64,000 nucleotides of DNA, from the sequence record PQ356294.1; one strand, written 5' to 3'. Source of the DNA: Escherichia phage Ec_YwIITB1. A program made the position numbers and the translations under genes. The notes beneath the pieces are model-generated. The model had not been told where the DNA came from and did not search any database. It saw nothing but the letters and a program-made list of their open reading frames with translations. This document shows, in pieces, positions 39,342-49,289 of this stretch; within the stretch, counting starts at the first letter, position 1, and each line of letters opens with the position of its first letter.

Positions 39342-39478
39342 ATATCAAGAACCGTCATTGAAATGCAAAATAAAATTATTGAAATAAATCCATCTGGAGT
39401 GCTAAAGAACCCAATCCAGCATGCTCTAGTGAATAGATAAAACGCGAGAAAAAGTACCACATATCCAAGAAATATCAT
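39338..39478 (-). CDS. small membrane protein (46 aa, 47.1-like)
   Basis: Hydrophobic ORF whose TGA overlaps the ATG of gene 47 (ATGA); under 60 aa. Confidence 0.4.
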   Translation of the reverse strand: MIFLGYVVLFLAFYLFTRACWIGFFSTPDGFISIILFCISMTVLDI

Positions 39479-39502
39479 TATATCAAACTCCGTATAAAGC
39501 TA

Positions 39503-39518
39503 AAGGGCCGAAGCCCTT
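39503..39518 (-). terminator. UUCG hairpin 3' of alpha-gt
   Basis: AAGGGCUUCGGCCCUU adjacent to the stop codon. Confidence 0.45.
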
Positions 39519-40720
39519 TATTTTGTAATAATGTCAAACTGTTCTTTAAAGCAGAAGCTTGAATCTTGATGCTGATACAAAAATTCATAAGCTTTTTCGC
39601 GTTCACGGTCATAAAGATTTCGGTCAGATGACAGTTCTTTAATACGCTCAAATGTTGATTCCATGTCATTTTCATCAAACCAAACGATACCGCTATCATG
39701 AGAAATTAACGGAGTATTATCAACACGGAATTTTAAATTTTCACCAGTAGATTTCCAAAATACTGGAATTGTTCCGCATGCACCAAGCTCGAGATGAGTA
39801 TATTCTAAAGAACGCTGTAGATATTTTTTATCCAACTTACTCAGCTGATAACCAAATCCGGATTTACTCATGCGTTCAAGCATTTCGCTATTTACATAAC
39901 GGTCAAGAATTTGCGTTGGCAAATTAGGAGCAATTTTAATTTGGTCTACTTGATGAAGACGATAATACTCGTATGGAATTCCTTTTTCTTTAATAGGAAT
40001 GAACGCTGGAGAACGTTCCAGACCTTCCATAATAGTACTTAATCCCGCAGGTTTAAGATGTTTTTCGTGAAAATCAAACATCTGATAAAAACCTTTCCAT
40101 GTAGTCGTACGACCGATCCAACGGTTGACATTCACATTAATTTCAGAAACATCTTTCCAGTAGGTTGATCGAACCTTCGCAATATCCATAGGAGGCTGAA
40201 AGTTGTATACGGTCGGTGCTTCTTCAATATCATCAAATAGAGAAACTGTTTCTGGATACCATTCTTTCATCAGAACTTTATTAAAATCACCATTATCAGA
40301 ATGACTAAAAATAACATCAGCTCGACGAACAGTTTCTTCTAATCCCAAATTTCGGCGCAAAGAAAGAGAAGAATGGTCATGTTGATAAACTACAACACGA
40401 ACCGAAGGTTTAATGTTATCAATAATTTTTTTATAGTTATTAATAGTGTCTTCTTCTACTGAAGTAGCAGGAACTGAATTGATAATTAGAATATCACAAT
40501 CATTTACCAGCTTAAGTGTTTTATCGTATTCTTTTGCCAATAAAACCGGAATTGAAAATGATTTATAATCATGCGCGCAATTACGGGTAAATGATTTATC
40601 TTTAGCATAAACCAAAGTTACTTCATGACCATTTTTAATAAACCAATCACGCTGCTCGAGAGAAAATTTAGTTACGCCGCAACCTTCAAGACCTCGAGCC
40701 ATAAAAATGCATACTTTCAT
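39518..40720 (-). CDS. agt: DNA alpha-glucosyltransferase (alpha-gt)
   Basis: 400-aa ORF at the alpha-gt position downstream of gene 55; T4 alpha-gt length. Confidence 0.85.
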   Translation of the reverse strand: MKVCIFMARGLEGCGVTKFSLEQRDWFIKNGHEVTLVYAKDKSFTRNCAHDYKSFSIPVLLAKEYDKTLKLVNDCDILIINSVPATSVEEDTINNYKKIIDNIKPSVRVVVYQHDHSSLSLRRNLGLEETVRRADVIFSHSDNGDFNKVLMKEWYPETVSLFDDIEEAPTVYNFQPPMDIAKVRSTYWKDVSEINVNVNRWIGRTTTWKGFYQMFDFHEKHLKPAGLSTIMEGLERSPAFIPIKEKGIPYEYYRLHQVDQIKIAPNLPTQILDRYVNSEMLERMSKSGFGYQLSKLDKKYLQRSLEYTHLELGACGTIPVFWKSTGENLKFRVDNTPLISHDSGIVWFDENDMESTFERIKELSSDRNLYDREREKAYEFLYQHQDSSFCFKEQFDIITK

Positions 40721-40786
40721 TTAATATCCTCATTGTTTTGGTTTATTTTACCAAAAATTTATAAAGCAATATAGGGGCCGAAGCTC

Positions 40787-40978
40787 CTATCCGCATAATA
40801 CACCATACAGAGGCTCATTAGAGCTTCTAAATTTTATACGCTTATATGTTATAGTTCCTTCTGCTTTAGCTTTATCATGAGACTCTTTAAAGAGTCTCAT
40901 CATTTCTGCTTTAGAGGAACGAATTTTATTATAATCTATTTCAGAAGTCTGGTGTTCATCTTTCACAGTTGCCACCAT
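40787..40978 (-). CDS. hypothetical protein (63 aa)
   Basis: Small ORF in the 55 to alpha-gt interval. Confidence 0.45.
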   Translation of the reverse strand: MVATVKDEHQTSEIDYNKIRSSKAEMMRLFKESHDKAKAEGTITYKRIKFRSSNEPLYGVLCG

Positions 40979-41169
40979 TTTTTGACTTGATAGGAATCAA
41001 CCCACACTTTCATATTAGGGTCTGCTCTTACAATAGGAGGATTAACTTCTTTAATTGAACTATCATGGTATTCTTTTTCAGAAATTTTCACACAAAGATG
41101 ACCGTTCAAAGATTCAGTAAATCCTGCATTAATTTTAAGACGCTTGAATTTTACGTTTGTAAGCATCAA
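40963..41169 (-). CDS. hypothetical protein (68 aa)
   Basis: Small ORF in the 55 to alpha-gt interval. Confidence 0.45.
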   Translation of the reverse strand: MMLTNVKFKRLKINAGFTESLNGHLCVKISEKEYHDSSIKEVNPPIVRADPNMKVWVDSYQVKKWWQL

Positions 41170-41452
41170 TCATATCCTCAATCTGCGATCTAGTAGTCTT
41201 CCAAAGAATACTAATGAGTTCATCGTTATATGGCTGTTTTAGAATATCCCGACTTTTCTTGATAGCATATTCGTATTGAGCAAAATTATTGTTTTCAGCT
41301 GCAATCTGAGCGTGCTTATAAAGACGGTTCAGTTCGCGTTTATTTTTAGACAATAACTTATTTGCTTTTCTTTCTGCTTCAAGACGGTTCTTTTCTTCAA
41401 TAGAAGAAATAAGCTTTTCCACTTCATCATTAATTTCGGGTTTATCAGTCAT
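41135..41452 (-). CDS. hypothetical protein (105 aa)
   Basis: Minus-strand ORF. Confidence 0.5.
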   Translation of the reverse strand: MTDKPEINDEVEKLISSIEEKNRLEAERKANKLLSKNKRELNRLYKHAQIAAENNNFAQYEYAIKKSRDILKQPYNDELISILWKTTRSQIEDMIDAYKRKIQAS

Positions 41453-41453
41453 A

Positions 41454-41672
41454 TTATTTCTCTAATATAAAATAAAAATCATCATCTGTTAAATGATACC
41501 GATAGTTTAATTCTACACCATTAGATTTAAAAGCGGTATCGTACGGATTTTCTGGATCAATATCAATGTCAAGAGCTAAAACTTCCCTGAGATACATTTT
41601 AAGTAAATAGGGAATAGCTTCAACTTCAGGTATTTCTTCCAAGAATCCGGAGAGGTTAATCGTTAGCCTCAT
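41454..41672 (-). CDS. hypothetical protein (72 aa)
   Basis: Minus-strand ORF immediately downstream of gene 55. Confidence 0.5.
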
Positions 41673-42213
41673 ATAAAAAATCCAAACTAGGAGAATCGTC
41701 TACAACACTTTTCTTTTCAGCCCCCGGTGTTCTATAGGTTGATTCTTCGTAATGCGTCATTTTATCGTAGATGTCTTGAATAAAAGTTTCATCCACTAAC
41801 GCAACCATATCGTCGTCACGACTGTCATAGACATTGTGAACGAAGTAACTGTATTTCTTTGCAACTTCCTTACGTTCTTTTTTAATACGTTGGACGAATG
41901 CATTAAAACAAGCTTGAGTTATATATGCATGCGGGTTTTTATATTTCGTTTCATCAAAATTATGAAGCCCCTTAATAGAAGCTTCTATACCATCTGCAAT
42001 CATTTCTTGTTTCCAGGATTGGGTGTATCCTGAAAAGTTGAAACGTTTAGATAAGCCTTCTGCAATAAGCATAATGGCTAATCCGATAGTATCATTCTGA
42101 CGAACTACTTTATTTGGGTCTTTATTATTTGCTAATTCTGTTTTCCAATCAATAATAGCTTGTAAAAGCTCTTTATTGTTTACGTAATTATATTTAGGCT
42201 TAGTTTCTGACAT
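41656..42213 (-). CDS. 55: late sigma factor gp55
   Basis: 185-aa ORF from [24 protein letters not shown]; matches T4 gp55 as recalled. Confidence 0.92.
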
Positions 42214-42291
42214 TTTCACCTCTTAGCTCAATTCATAGATCTATTATATCATAATATTTGAAGATCTATCTTAAAGCATAGAGGATATCAA

Positions 42292-42561
42292 TTATCTAAG
42301 TAAGCAGTATGCCTGGAATACTTTTTCCATCATCTTTTTAAATTCATGAATATCTATATAATGACTAGTTAAATCAGCATGATATAAAAAGTCTAAAAAC
42401 TTTTCATGCGTGCTAGCATATTCGCTTTCATTTAATTCAGAAACATGACTTTCCCAATATCCAACACCAGTCTTATTTGGGAAAAATGAAATTTTCATGT
42501 ATTGATCAACATAGAAAATGCCATAATTTTCAATAGTAATAGAAATATTAATAAATTTCAT
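42292..42561 (-). CDS. hypothetical protein (89 aa, 55.x-like)
   Basis: Minus-strand ORF. Confidence 0.5.
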   Translation of the reverse strand: MKFINISITIENYGIFYVDQYMKISFFPNKTGVGYWESHVSELNESEYASTHEKFLDFLYHADLTSHYIDIHEFKKMMEKVFQAYCLLR

Positions 42562-42779
42562 GCATTCATCAACTTAGCCGCTTCAAGAGCTGCATCTAGT
42601 GAATCAAACTGGTCAACGTATTCAATCAATTCGCCATAATTAGCGTATAACCACCATTGGCTAAATTCATACTCAAGGATAAATCCATTTCCTTCAATTT
42701 GAGTTAAACCAATGCCATTTGTATTTACTTCATATCCGGCAAGACGTAAATCGTTAATAAGAGCTTCGTTCATATTCAT
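42558..42779 (-). CDS. hypothetical protein (73 aa)
   Basis: ATGA-coupled ORF. Confidence 0.5.
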   Translation of the reverse strand: MNMNEALINDLRLAGYEVNTNGIGLTQIEGNGFILEYEFSQWWLYANYGELIEYVDQFDSLDAALEAAKLMNA

Positions 42780-43102
42780 ACCTTAGCAATTTTCAGGTCA
42801 GCAAATTTTTTCTTGCGTTGATTTTTCATACGACGAATAGTTTTATCGGAAATTTCATGCTTTTGATAAGCTTTAGATTCTACACCAAAAGCTTTAACAT
42901 CAAATTCTGACAAGATATATTGAACCAACAATTCGCGGACAGTATTGCGTCCAATCTTCTGATCGTTTTGTTTCATCGTCTGATGAAGCTCTTTTTCCCA
43001 TTTATCCAAAATTTGAGGAGTTACAATATCTCCTTTTTCTAGCAAAGAAACCACTTTATCATATGCATAAGAATTGATGGCGTTTTTAATTTGAATAGTC
43101 AT
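42776..43102 (-). CDS. hypothetical protein (108 aa)
   Basis: ATGA-coupled ORF. Confidence 0.5.
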   Translation of the reverse strand: MTIQIKNAINSYAYDKVVSLLEKGDIVTPQILDKWEKELHQTMKQNDQKIGRNTVRELLVQYILSEFDVKAFGVESKAYQKHEISDKTIRRMKNQRKKKFADLKIAKV

Positions 43103-43140
43103 ACATTATCCTCAATTGCGTTAAAATTTTATTATCCAAA

Positions 43141-43156
43141 AAGGGCCGAAGCCCTT
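43141..43156 (-). terminator. UUCG hairpin with U-run
   Basis: GGGCUUCGGCCC followed by UUUUUGG. Confidence 0.5.
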
Positions 43157-43355
43157 AGCTAAACTGTTTGGCGCCCTTCCAGCCTTCGTACATCATTGCG
43201 GCTGATATTAATATTGCTCCTGCGCATTTTGAATATTTGTGATTCCAAAACCAGTTTAGAAAAACTTCGTCATCAATACCTTGAGCTATCATATTTTCAA
43301 AGAACTGACGACGAGCTTCAGCAATTCGTTGCGATAATTTAGATTCGGGATTCAT
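43155..43355 (-). CDS. hypothetical protein (66 aa)
   Basis: Minus-strand ORF followed by a hairpin. Confidence 0.5.
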   Translation of the reverse strand: MNPESKLSQRIAEARRQFFENMIAQGIDDEVFLNWFWNHKYSKCAGAILISAAMMYEGWKGAKQFS

Positions 43356-43487
43356 TTAAATTTTCCAGTTACCATTTTCATCAATAAATTTAATCCAGTC
43401 ATTTACTGACCACTTGGTCGTATCGCCTTTTGGAGTAACATTTAAAGTGTATAATCCTTGTTTAAAAAGCGTGCGTTTGATATTCAT
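43356..43487 (-). CDS. hypothetical small protein (43 aa; track ORF over-extended)
   Basis: Internal ATG (MNIKRTLFKQG...) is the likely start; the track N-terminus overlaps the upstream gene. Confidence 0.35.
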   Translation of the reverse strand: MNIKRTLFKQGLYTLNVTPKGDTTKWSVNDWIKFIDENGNWKI

Positions 43488-43494
43488 ATTTTCC

Positions 43495-43809
43495 TCAGCT
43501 GTAACGATAACACTCGTTTGATTTGCGCTTAGCAACTCGTTGAGAAGTATTATAATCAAAATCATCATCAATGTAAACTGATTTTTTCAACTTTCTTACT
43601 TCACCGCGTAATTGACGATTTAGCTCATCTTTAACTTCTGAATCGATGCCTTTCATTCTACGCCATTTATCAGAGCGAAAAATGTTTTCGACCATATCTT
43701 TATGACTTACACCATCAGGAGCTTTACGCTTTCCAAAATAGTCATAATCACGCACTTTTAAATCTTTACGACGATACGTTTTACCCATGGAGTTTAATTT
43801 CCTTAGCAA
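43495..43809 (-). CDS. hypothetical basic protein (104 aa)
   Basis: Lys/Arg-rich ORF downstream of an early promoter. Confidence 0.5.
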   Translation of the reverse strand: MLRKLNSMGKTYRRKDLKVRDYDYFGKRKAPDGVSHKDMVENIFRSDKWRRMKGIDSEVKDELNRQLRGEVRKLKKSVYIDDDFDYNTSQRVAKRKSNECYRYS

Positions 43810-43981
43810 CTAAACTAAATACGGCACGATCGCAAATCAAGCGTTTATTCCATTTAAGTAAGGATAGTGAACCTCTAGATCATCTACTGCTGTAACAATA
43901 ACAATATGTCCGTTCAATAATACTGATCTCTTTTAATCTCTTTATCAACCATATCAAATCCTCAAAGGCAATTCATATGTT

Positions 43982-44012
43982 AATAATACCACAGTTTGAA
44001 CTTGTTGTAAAC
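43982..44012 (-). promoter_or_regulatory. early promoter
   Basis: Minus-strand GTTTACaacaagttcaaactgtggTATTAT. Confidence 0.5.
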
Positions 44013-44093
44013 AACTTTGTGAAAATTATTTTAGGGAACGATAAGAAGGGAACGATAGCTTAGAATGGTAATATACAGAATGTGAGAAAGAAA

Positions 44094-44106
44094 GGCCCAG
44101 AGGGCC
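44094..44106 (-). terminator. terminator-like hairpin downstream of nrdH
   Basis: GGGCCCUCUGGGCC followed by UUUCUUUCU. Confidence 0.5.
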
Positions 44107-44110
44107 CGTC

Positions 44111-44419
44111 TTAATCTTCTATGATATCTCTATCATATCCAAGTGAAATGAGAGTTTCTTTGAAGTGTTTAATGTTCTTTTGTCTAGAATCATTGATGAA
44201 AATGACTGGATAACGAATGTTAAGAGATGTGAATCCAGCGCGTTTAGCAAGAGATACAATCAGTGGACGATCATACTCAATCTTACCATTATTTGTAAGA
44301 ACTTTATAGAAAGTAAAAGGAGCATTAAGCTCCTTTAGAAGTTTTGTAACTGATTGACATCCAGGACAACGACCAACTTCATCTGGAATTCCATAGACTT
44401 CAATCTTGTTCTGTTTCAC
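44111..44419 (-). CDS. nrdH: glutaredoxin-like protein NrdH
   Basis: 102-aa ORF with CPGC redox motif. Confidence 0.85.
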   Translation of the reverse strand: MKQNKIEVYGIPDEVGRCPGCQSVTKLLKELNAPFTFYKVLTNNGKIEYDRPLIVSLAKRAGFTSLNIRYPVIFINDSRQKNIKHFKETLISLGYDRDIIED

Positions 44420-44421
44420 AA

Positions 44422-44658
44422 CTATTCCTTACTAAGAGCAGCATTCAGCTTATTAGTAATTTTATCCAGACGCTCATTGAACTCACTAGAAGATAGTCCT
44501 TTTTCTGGAGAAATTAAGCTAATCACGAAAAATATAACAATAAAAGGAATAAGGAAAATAGCACCAACTGCCATAAACAGAAAGAACGTTACGGTTGTAA
44601 GAAAATCAGCTAAACCTTTGCGAAATTTATACATATTTACCCTTAATTGATTAACCAA
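44422..44658 (-). CDS. hypothetical membrane protein (78 aa)
   Basis: Hydrophobic ORF between nrdG and nrdH. Confidence 0.5.
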   Translation of the reverse strand: MVNQLRVNMYKFRKGLADFLTTVTFFLFMAVGAIFLIPFIVIFFVISLISPEKGLSSSEFNERLDKITNKLNAALSKE

Positions 44659-44748
44659 GCATTGATAAGCACTAAACTATATTGTGAATAAAATTCTGGA
44701 CCAAAATGAAAAATCATATCATTTATAGTATCCATAATGTAATTCAAT

Positions 44749-45219
44749 TTAATCATGTTTCCACACCCCATCGGTATTTGACCAAAGTCGCTGATTATCT
44801 GATCCTCGCCACAGCTTTTTGGTCGGAAGATTTTTCTCATACTTCCCATCAATAATAACATCAACATATTTAAGCATTTCTAGTTGTTTAATATCCTCAA
44901 ATTTATATCCTGTCCACAACCAAATGCTTTTATTTGGATAAAGATTTTTTACTGTTTGAACAATGCAATGAATAACATCTCTATTATCAGGATAGAGGGG
45001 GTCTCCCCCAGTTATAGTCAATCCTTCTGTATAATCATTATTCAAACATTCAATTAATTGTTCTAGTGTTTCACCGGTGAATGGAACACCATTTCTAGCG
45101 TTCCATGTTGATTTATTATAACACCCTTCGCATTTATGCAAACAACCTGTAACGAAAAGAACGACCCTGCATCCAGGGCCATTCACAAAATCGCAAGGAT
45201 AAAATCTATCATAATTCAT
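44749..45219 (-). CDS. nrdG: anaerobic ribonucleotide reductase activase NrdG (radical SAM)
   Basis: 156-aa ORF with CxxxCxxC cluster motif (CLHKCEGC). Confidence 0.9.
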   Translation of the reverse strand: MNYDRFYPCDFVNGPGCRVVLFVTGCLHKCEGCYNKSTWNARNGVPFTGETLEQLIECLNNDYTEGLTITGGDPLYPDNRDVIHCIVQTVKNLYPNKSIWLWTGYKFEDIKQLEMLKYVDVIIDGKYEKNLPTKKLWRGSDNQRLWSNTDGVWKHD

Positions 45220-47033
45220 TGGTGTTTAACCCTATGCATGATTTCTTTATTTTTGCCAAGATTAAATCCACGTTCATTCGGATTTCCCAAATAGCCACAA
45301 GTTCTTCTTATTGTGTTCATCTTTTTAGGATCAGTTTCTTCACAAATAGAACAAACAAACCCGTTTTCAGTAGGAGTCATTTCATGGGTACTTCCGCATG
45401 TAAAACATTTATCTACTGGCATGTTAACGCCAAAATAATCTAAATGTTGTGCAGCATAATCCCATACAGCCTCAAGACCTTTTAAGTTATTTTTCATATC
45501 AGGAAGTTCAACATAAGAAATGTGACCACCTGTCGCAATGAAATGATATGGTGCTTCTCGAGAAATCTTTTCAAACGGAGTGATATTTTCTTCTACTGAA
45601 ACATGGAAACTATTAGTGTACCAGCCTTTATCAGTAACATCTTTTACACTTCCATATTTCTCAGTATCAAGTTTACAGAAGCGATAGCACAGGTTTTCAG
45701 CAGGAGTAGAATATAAGCTAAAAGCAAAACCGGTTCTTTCAGTCCACTGCTTAAGACGAGCATTCATTTTAGTTAAAATTTCCTGTCCAATATCACGACC
45801 GACAAGAATATTCAATTCGTGAATACCAATGTATCCTAAGGACACTGAACTTCTACCGTTTTTAAATAACTCAATTATGTCATCATCAGGTTTAAGACGA
45901 ACCCCGAATGCACCTTCTTGATAAAGAATAGGAGCAACGGTCGCTTTAATTCCTTTTAAGGAACTAATTCTACACATCAAAGCTTCAAAACACAAATCCA
46001 TTCGTTCATTGAACAATTCGGCAAATTTCTGTTCATTGAATTGTGTTCCAATATAAGAATCTAACGCAATGCGAGGAAGATTCAGTGTTACAACGCCAAG
46101 ATTATTACGTCCATCAAGAATTTCATTACCAGTCGAATCTTTCCATACACTCAAGAAACTACGACAACCCATTGGAGAAACAGGAATAGATGAACCGGTG
46201 ATAACTTTATTGTTCTTAACTGAAATAATATCAGGATACATTCTTTTGCTTGCACATTCTAACGCAAGCTGCTTAATATCATAGTTTGGGTCGTCTTTAT
46301 AAAGATTAACGCCTTCTTCAACGAACATAACAAGCTTAGGGAAAATAGGAGTTATCCCATCGCGACCAAGACCTTTAATACGATTTTTCAGAATTGCCTT
46401 CTGAATCATTCGTTCAGTCCAGTCAGTTCCCGTACCGAATGTAATTGTTACAAAAGGTGTTTGTCCGTTTGAACTAAAGAGAGTATTTACTTCATATTCA
46501 TAAGCTTGGAATGCATCGTATACGTCTTTTTCTGTTTTAGATTGGGCATAATTCAACGCATCAGCGATTTGCCATTTTTCTGCATCTTCAATATGTTTTG
46601 CATAGGTGCGTTTAACATAAGGAGAAAGTATTTTATCTACATTAGCAAAAGTCGTTCCGCCATACTGATGTGAAGCGACTTGTGCAGTAATTTGTGCCAT
46701 AATTGCAGTAGCAACACCGATTGATTTAGGAGTTTCAATCTGTGCATTTCCAAGCTTAAATCCGTTCTCAAGCATTCCTTTTAAATCTACTAAACAGCAA
46801 TTAGTAAATGGAAGAGCAGGGGAATAATCAATATCATGGAAATGAATAATTCCGCTTTCATGTGCTTTCATAATAAAAGACGGGACCATATTTTTGGCAA
46901 TGTGTTTAGACACAATACCAGCCATAAGGTCCCGTTGAGTTGGAAAAACACGAGAATCTTTATTAGCATTCTCGTTTAAAAGGTCTTTATTAGTTTTATG
47001 AATCAATCCTTCAATTTCTTTTTCAATTGTCAT
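45216..47033 (-). CDS. nrdD: anaerobic ribonucleotide reductase NrdD (intron-less)
   Basis: 605-aa contiguous ORF with C-terminal glycyl-radical motif (RTCGYLG) and Zn-binding cysteines. Confidence 0.93.
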   Translation of the reverse strand: MTIEKEIEGLIHKTNKDLLNENANKDSRVFPTQRDLMAGIVSKHIAKNMVPSFIMKAHESGIIHFHDIDYSPALPFTNCCLVDLKGMLENGFKLGNAQIETPKSIGVATAIMAQITAQVASHQYGGTTFANVDKILSPYVKRTYAKHIEDAEKWQIADALNYAQSKTEKDVYDAFQAYEYEVNTLFSSNGQTPFVTITFGTGTDWTERMIQKAILKNRIKGLGRDGITPIFPKLVMFVEEGVNLYKDDPNYDIKQLALECASKRMYPDIISVKNNKVITGSSIPVSPMGCRSFLSVWKDSTGNEILDGRNNLGVVTLNLPRIALDSYIGTQFNEQKFAELFNERMDLCFEALMCRISSLKGIKATVAPILYQEGAFGVRLKPDDDIIELFKNGRSSVSLGYIGIHELNILVGRDIGQEILTKMNARLKQWTERTGFAFSLYSTPAENLCYRFCKLDTEKYGSVKDVTDKGWYTNSFHVSVEENITPFEKISREAPYHFIATGGHISYVELPDMKNNLKGLEAVWDYAAQHLDYFGVNMPVDKCFTCGSTHEMTPTENGFVCSICEETDPKKMNTIRRTCGYLGNPNERGFNLGKNKEIMHRVKHQ

Positions 47034-47503
47034 TTTAAACTCTTTCTAAGCTGCTTCTTAAATGAAGCTATTAATTGTGTTTTAGTGCCAGATTCATTAT
47101 ATTCAAATCCTCTTTGAAGCATCTCAGCCATCATTTCCTCTTTTCCCAAACGAGAAAATTCCTTTGATTTATCTCCAACGAAGTTAGGGTGAATATTATT
47201 TTGGGTGTAATCGGATTTTAAATAAGTAAGTAAATTTTCTAACCATTCAAGATAATCAACGCCTTGCCCCTTTAAGCCAGAACGATTAAATTTGTGCTTC
47301 ATTTGACCTTCCGCTGCATTGCAGAGATTACAGAGCAATCCACGCACCTTTCCTGCTTTTGGTCCATTTAATTCATGGTCATGGTCAAGGTGATTAGCTT
47401 GAACATCAGGATTTAGTTCTCGTTGGCAAATTAAGCATTTACCATTTTGTGCGTCATAAAATTTCTGTTTTTCTTCTTTATATAATTTGCCAGTCAATAA
47501 CAT
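47030..47503 (-). CDS. 49: endonuclease VII (gp49), Holliday junction resolvase
   Basis: 157-aa ORF with N-terminal Zn-binding cysteines and H-N-H-like core; T4 gp49 length. Confidence 0.88.
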   Translation of the reverse strand: MLLTGKLYKEEKQKFYDAQNGKCLICQRELNPDVQANHLDHDHELNGPKAGKVRGLLCNLCNAAEGQMKHKFNRSGLKGQGVDYLEWLENLLTYLKSDYTQNNIHPNFVGDKSKEFSRLGKEEMMAEMLQRGFEYNESGTKTQLIASFKKQLRKSLK

Positions 47504-47738
47504 AATAAACCCTTACCTTAAATAGATAAGGGTATTTATTATTTTCAAGTATTGTAAAACATTTGATGCAATCGCTTATATTGCCGAATCGTTTGGTCAG
47601 AAAAAGAATCTTTTTAGTAGGACGAGAATAAGTTCCTACACAAGTGGTCATATTAGAGTCGGTAGGACTTCCTTTAATAAAAAGTTTCCAAACCTTACCA
47701 CCATTTAACTTTTCAGTATAAATTAATTCGGTTTTCAT
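47478..47738 (-). CDS. hypothetical protein (86 aa, 49.1-like)
   Basis: Minus-strand ORF overlapping the gene 49 start. Confidence 0.45.
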   Translation of the reverse strand: MKTELIYTEKLNGGKVWKLFIKGSPTDSNMTTCVGTYSRPTKKILFLTKRFGNISDCIKCFTILENNKYPYLFKVRVYYVIDWQII

Positions 47739-48202
47739 TAAAACGCTCGGTCAGAAAAAGAATTTTGAGTTTCAAGCCATTCAATATATTCTGCTGCAGC
47801 TTGCATTAAATTACCTTCATAGCCATCATTATTTTCTTGTGCAGCTAATTTAGCTAATGCATATGAAATACGTTCACCTTGAAAATCAGCTTTAGGCTTA
47901 TGAAGAGCTTGATCAACTCTCTCTACAACTTCTTCAATTTCGCCATTTTCCACTGATTCAATATTCCACAAGCACCAATACGTAATTGGCTTATCATAGA
48001 TGTTAATAATCTTTCCATCAGAAAGTTCAATTTCAATAATTCCAGTATCAGGTTCTATATCATCTTCGCATTCTTTTGCAAGTTCACGAACTTTAAAGAC
48101 AGTACCTGCACTAAGTTCCGGCCAATAATTACACAGCCCTTTATCAGCACGATTAATTCTAAACCACTTATCTACTGTAATCATGTCCCATCTCCATATC
48201 AA
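47738..48202 (-). CDS. hypothetical protein (154 aa; pin-region)
   Basis: Minus-strand acidic ORF between nrdC and 49. Confidence 0.5.
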   Translation of the reverse strand: MIWRWDMITVDKWFRINRADKGLCNYWPELSAGTVFKVRELAKECEDDIEPDTGIIEIELSDGKIINIYDKPITYWCLWNIESVENGEIEEVVERVDQALHKPKADFQGERISYALAKLAAQENNDGYEGNLMQAAAEYIEWLETQNSFSDRAF

Positions 48203-48307
48203 TTAAGTCATTTATCGTTGGTTCATTATATACTGTTTCTTCATCAGTGTAAACCGGTTCTTCCGGCTCTGGCTCTACTGTTTCCCATCTAGCCGCCCAC
48301 CAAGGTT

Positions 48308-48628
48308 TTATAGCGTAATCCATTCTCGTATTGTCTGAGTTACTACACGTTCACGAGGCTCGACTAGTTCAACAGTCGGAACTGCATAATACCAGTCAGA
48401 ATGATAAGAACCTGAGCGAGTTTCATTTACAGACACATGAACGTTATGTTTTGGACTAAAATAAACACACTGACGATATTGGCATTTACCATCTTGCACC
48501 CAGTCTTCTATTTCGATAGGTTTAAGATAATCCGAAAAATCGAAATCATAATTTTCTGAAAATGCATCATGGTCTTCGATGATTTCGCTCAGAACTGCAT
48601 CAACATCTAATTTATTTTCAATAGTCAT
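48308..48628 (-). CDS. hypothetical protein (106 aa)
   Basis: Minus-strand ORF. Confidence 0.5.
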   Translation of the reverse strand: MTIENKLDVDAVLSEIIEDHDAFSENYDFDFSDYLKPIEIEDWVQDGKCQYRQCVYFSPKHNVHVSVNETRSGSYHSDWYYAVPTVELVEPRERVVTQTIREWITL

Positions 48629-48638
48629 TTTTCACCAA

Positions 48639-49028
48639 TTAATTTCGCAATTTATTAAGTTCTTCGTAATCAATCCAGGATTCTAGTCCTGATGGCAAAT
48701 CAGATTCAATTTCCCAAAGAAGCTCTTCAATTTTCTGAAGACGATCTAATTCTTCAGCAGGAATAGTAACCATTGACGGAGTTCTTGATACGCTAATATC
48801 GTAAATCATATTTACCCCCAGTTTGACCATACAATCGCCGTATTTCCATTTAGAAATAGACTTTTCACCATTAGAATAATAAACTTCGAGTTTAGCACGG
48901 TTATTTTTAATTTGAATAACCTTTGCTGTCATCAAAGTTCCATACCCATAGTAAACTGCGACTTCATCACCTACATATACCGCGCTTCCGCGGTAGTCAT
49001 GGATATAATCAGTTCCTTCGAGCATCAT
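48639..49028 (-). CDS. hypothetical protein (129 aa)
   Basis: ATGA-coupled to nrdC. Confidence 0.5.
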   Translation of the reverse strand: MMLEGTDYIHDYRGSAVYVGDEVAVYYGYGTLMTAKVIQIKNNRAKLEVYYSNGEKSISKWKYGDCMVKLGVNMIYDISVSRTPSMVTIPAEELDRLQKIEELLWEIESDLPSGLESWIDYEELNKLRN

Positions 49029-49288
49029 TTAAAGTATTCCCGCAATTGGTCAAATCCACCAATATGACTTCCATCAGGAGCAAATACTTGCGGCATTGTC
49101 AGACCAATTTGAGTATCACGACCTAGTTTCGTCAGAAGCTCAGCGATTTTCTCATCATCAAAAACACCTTTTTCTGGCATAATGTTGATAAATTCAAACG
49201 GATGTTTCTTTACGGTCAAAAGACGTTTTGCATTATCACAATACACGCATTTATGGATACTGCTATCATAACCATATACTTTAAACAT
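49025..49288 (-). CDS. nrdC: glutaredoxin/thioredoxin NrdC
   Basis: 87-aa ORF with CVYC active site; matches T4 NrdC as recalled. Confidence 0.9.
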   Translation of the reverse strand: MFKVYGYDSSIHKCVYCDNAKRLLTVKKHPFEFINIMPEKGVFDDEKIAELLTKLGRDTQIGLTMPQVFAPDGSHIGGFDQLREYFK

Positions 49289-49289
49289 A

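Noticed and set aside
44643-44867. Track ORF 44643..44867 overlapping the nrdG 3' region
   Set aside because: Out-of-frame overlap with the conserved radical-SAM activase; likely spurious.
45216-47033. Group I intron within nrdD
   Set aside because: The ORF is continuous across its full length with no internal stop, and no endonuclease ORF is embedded.
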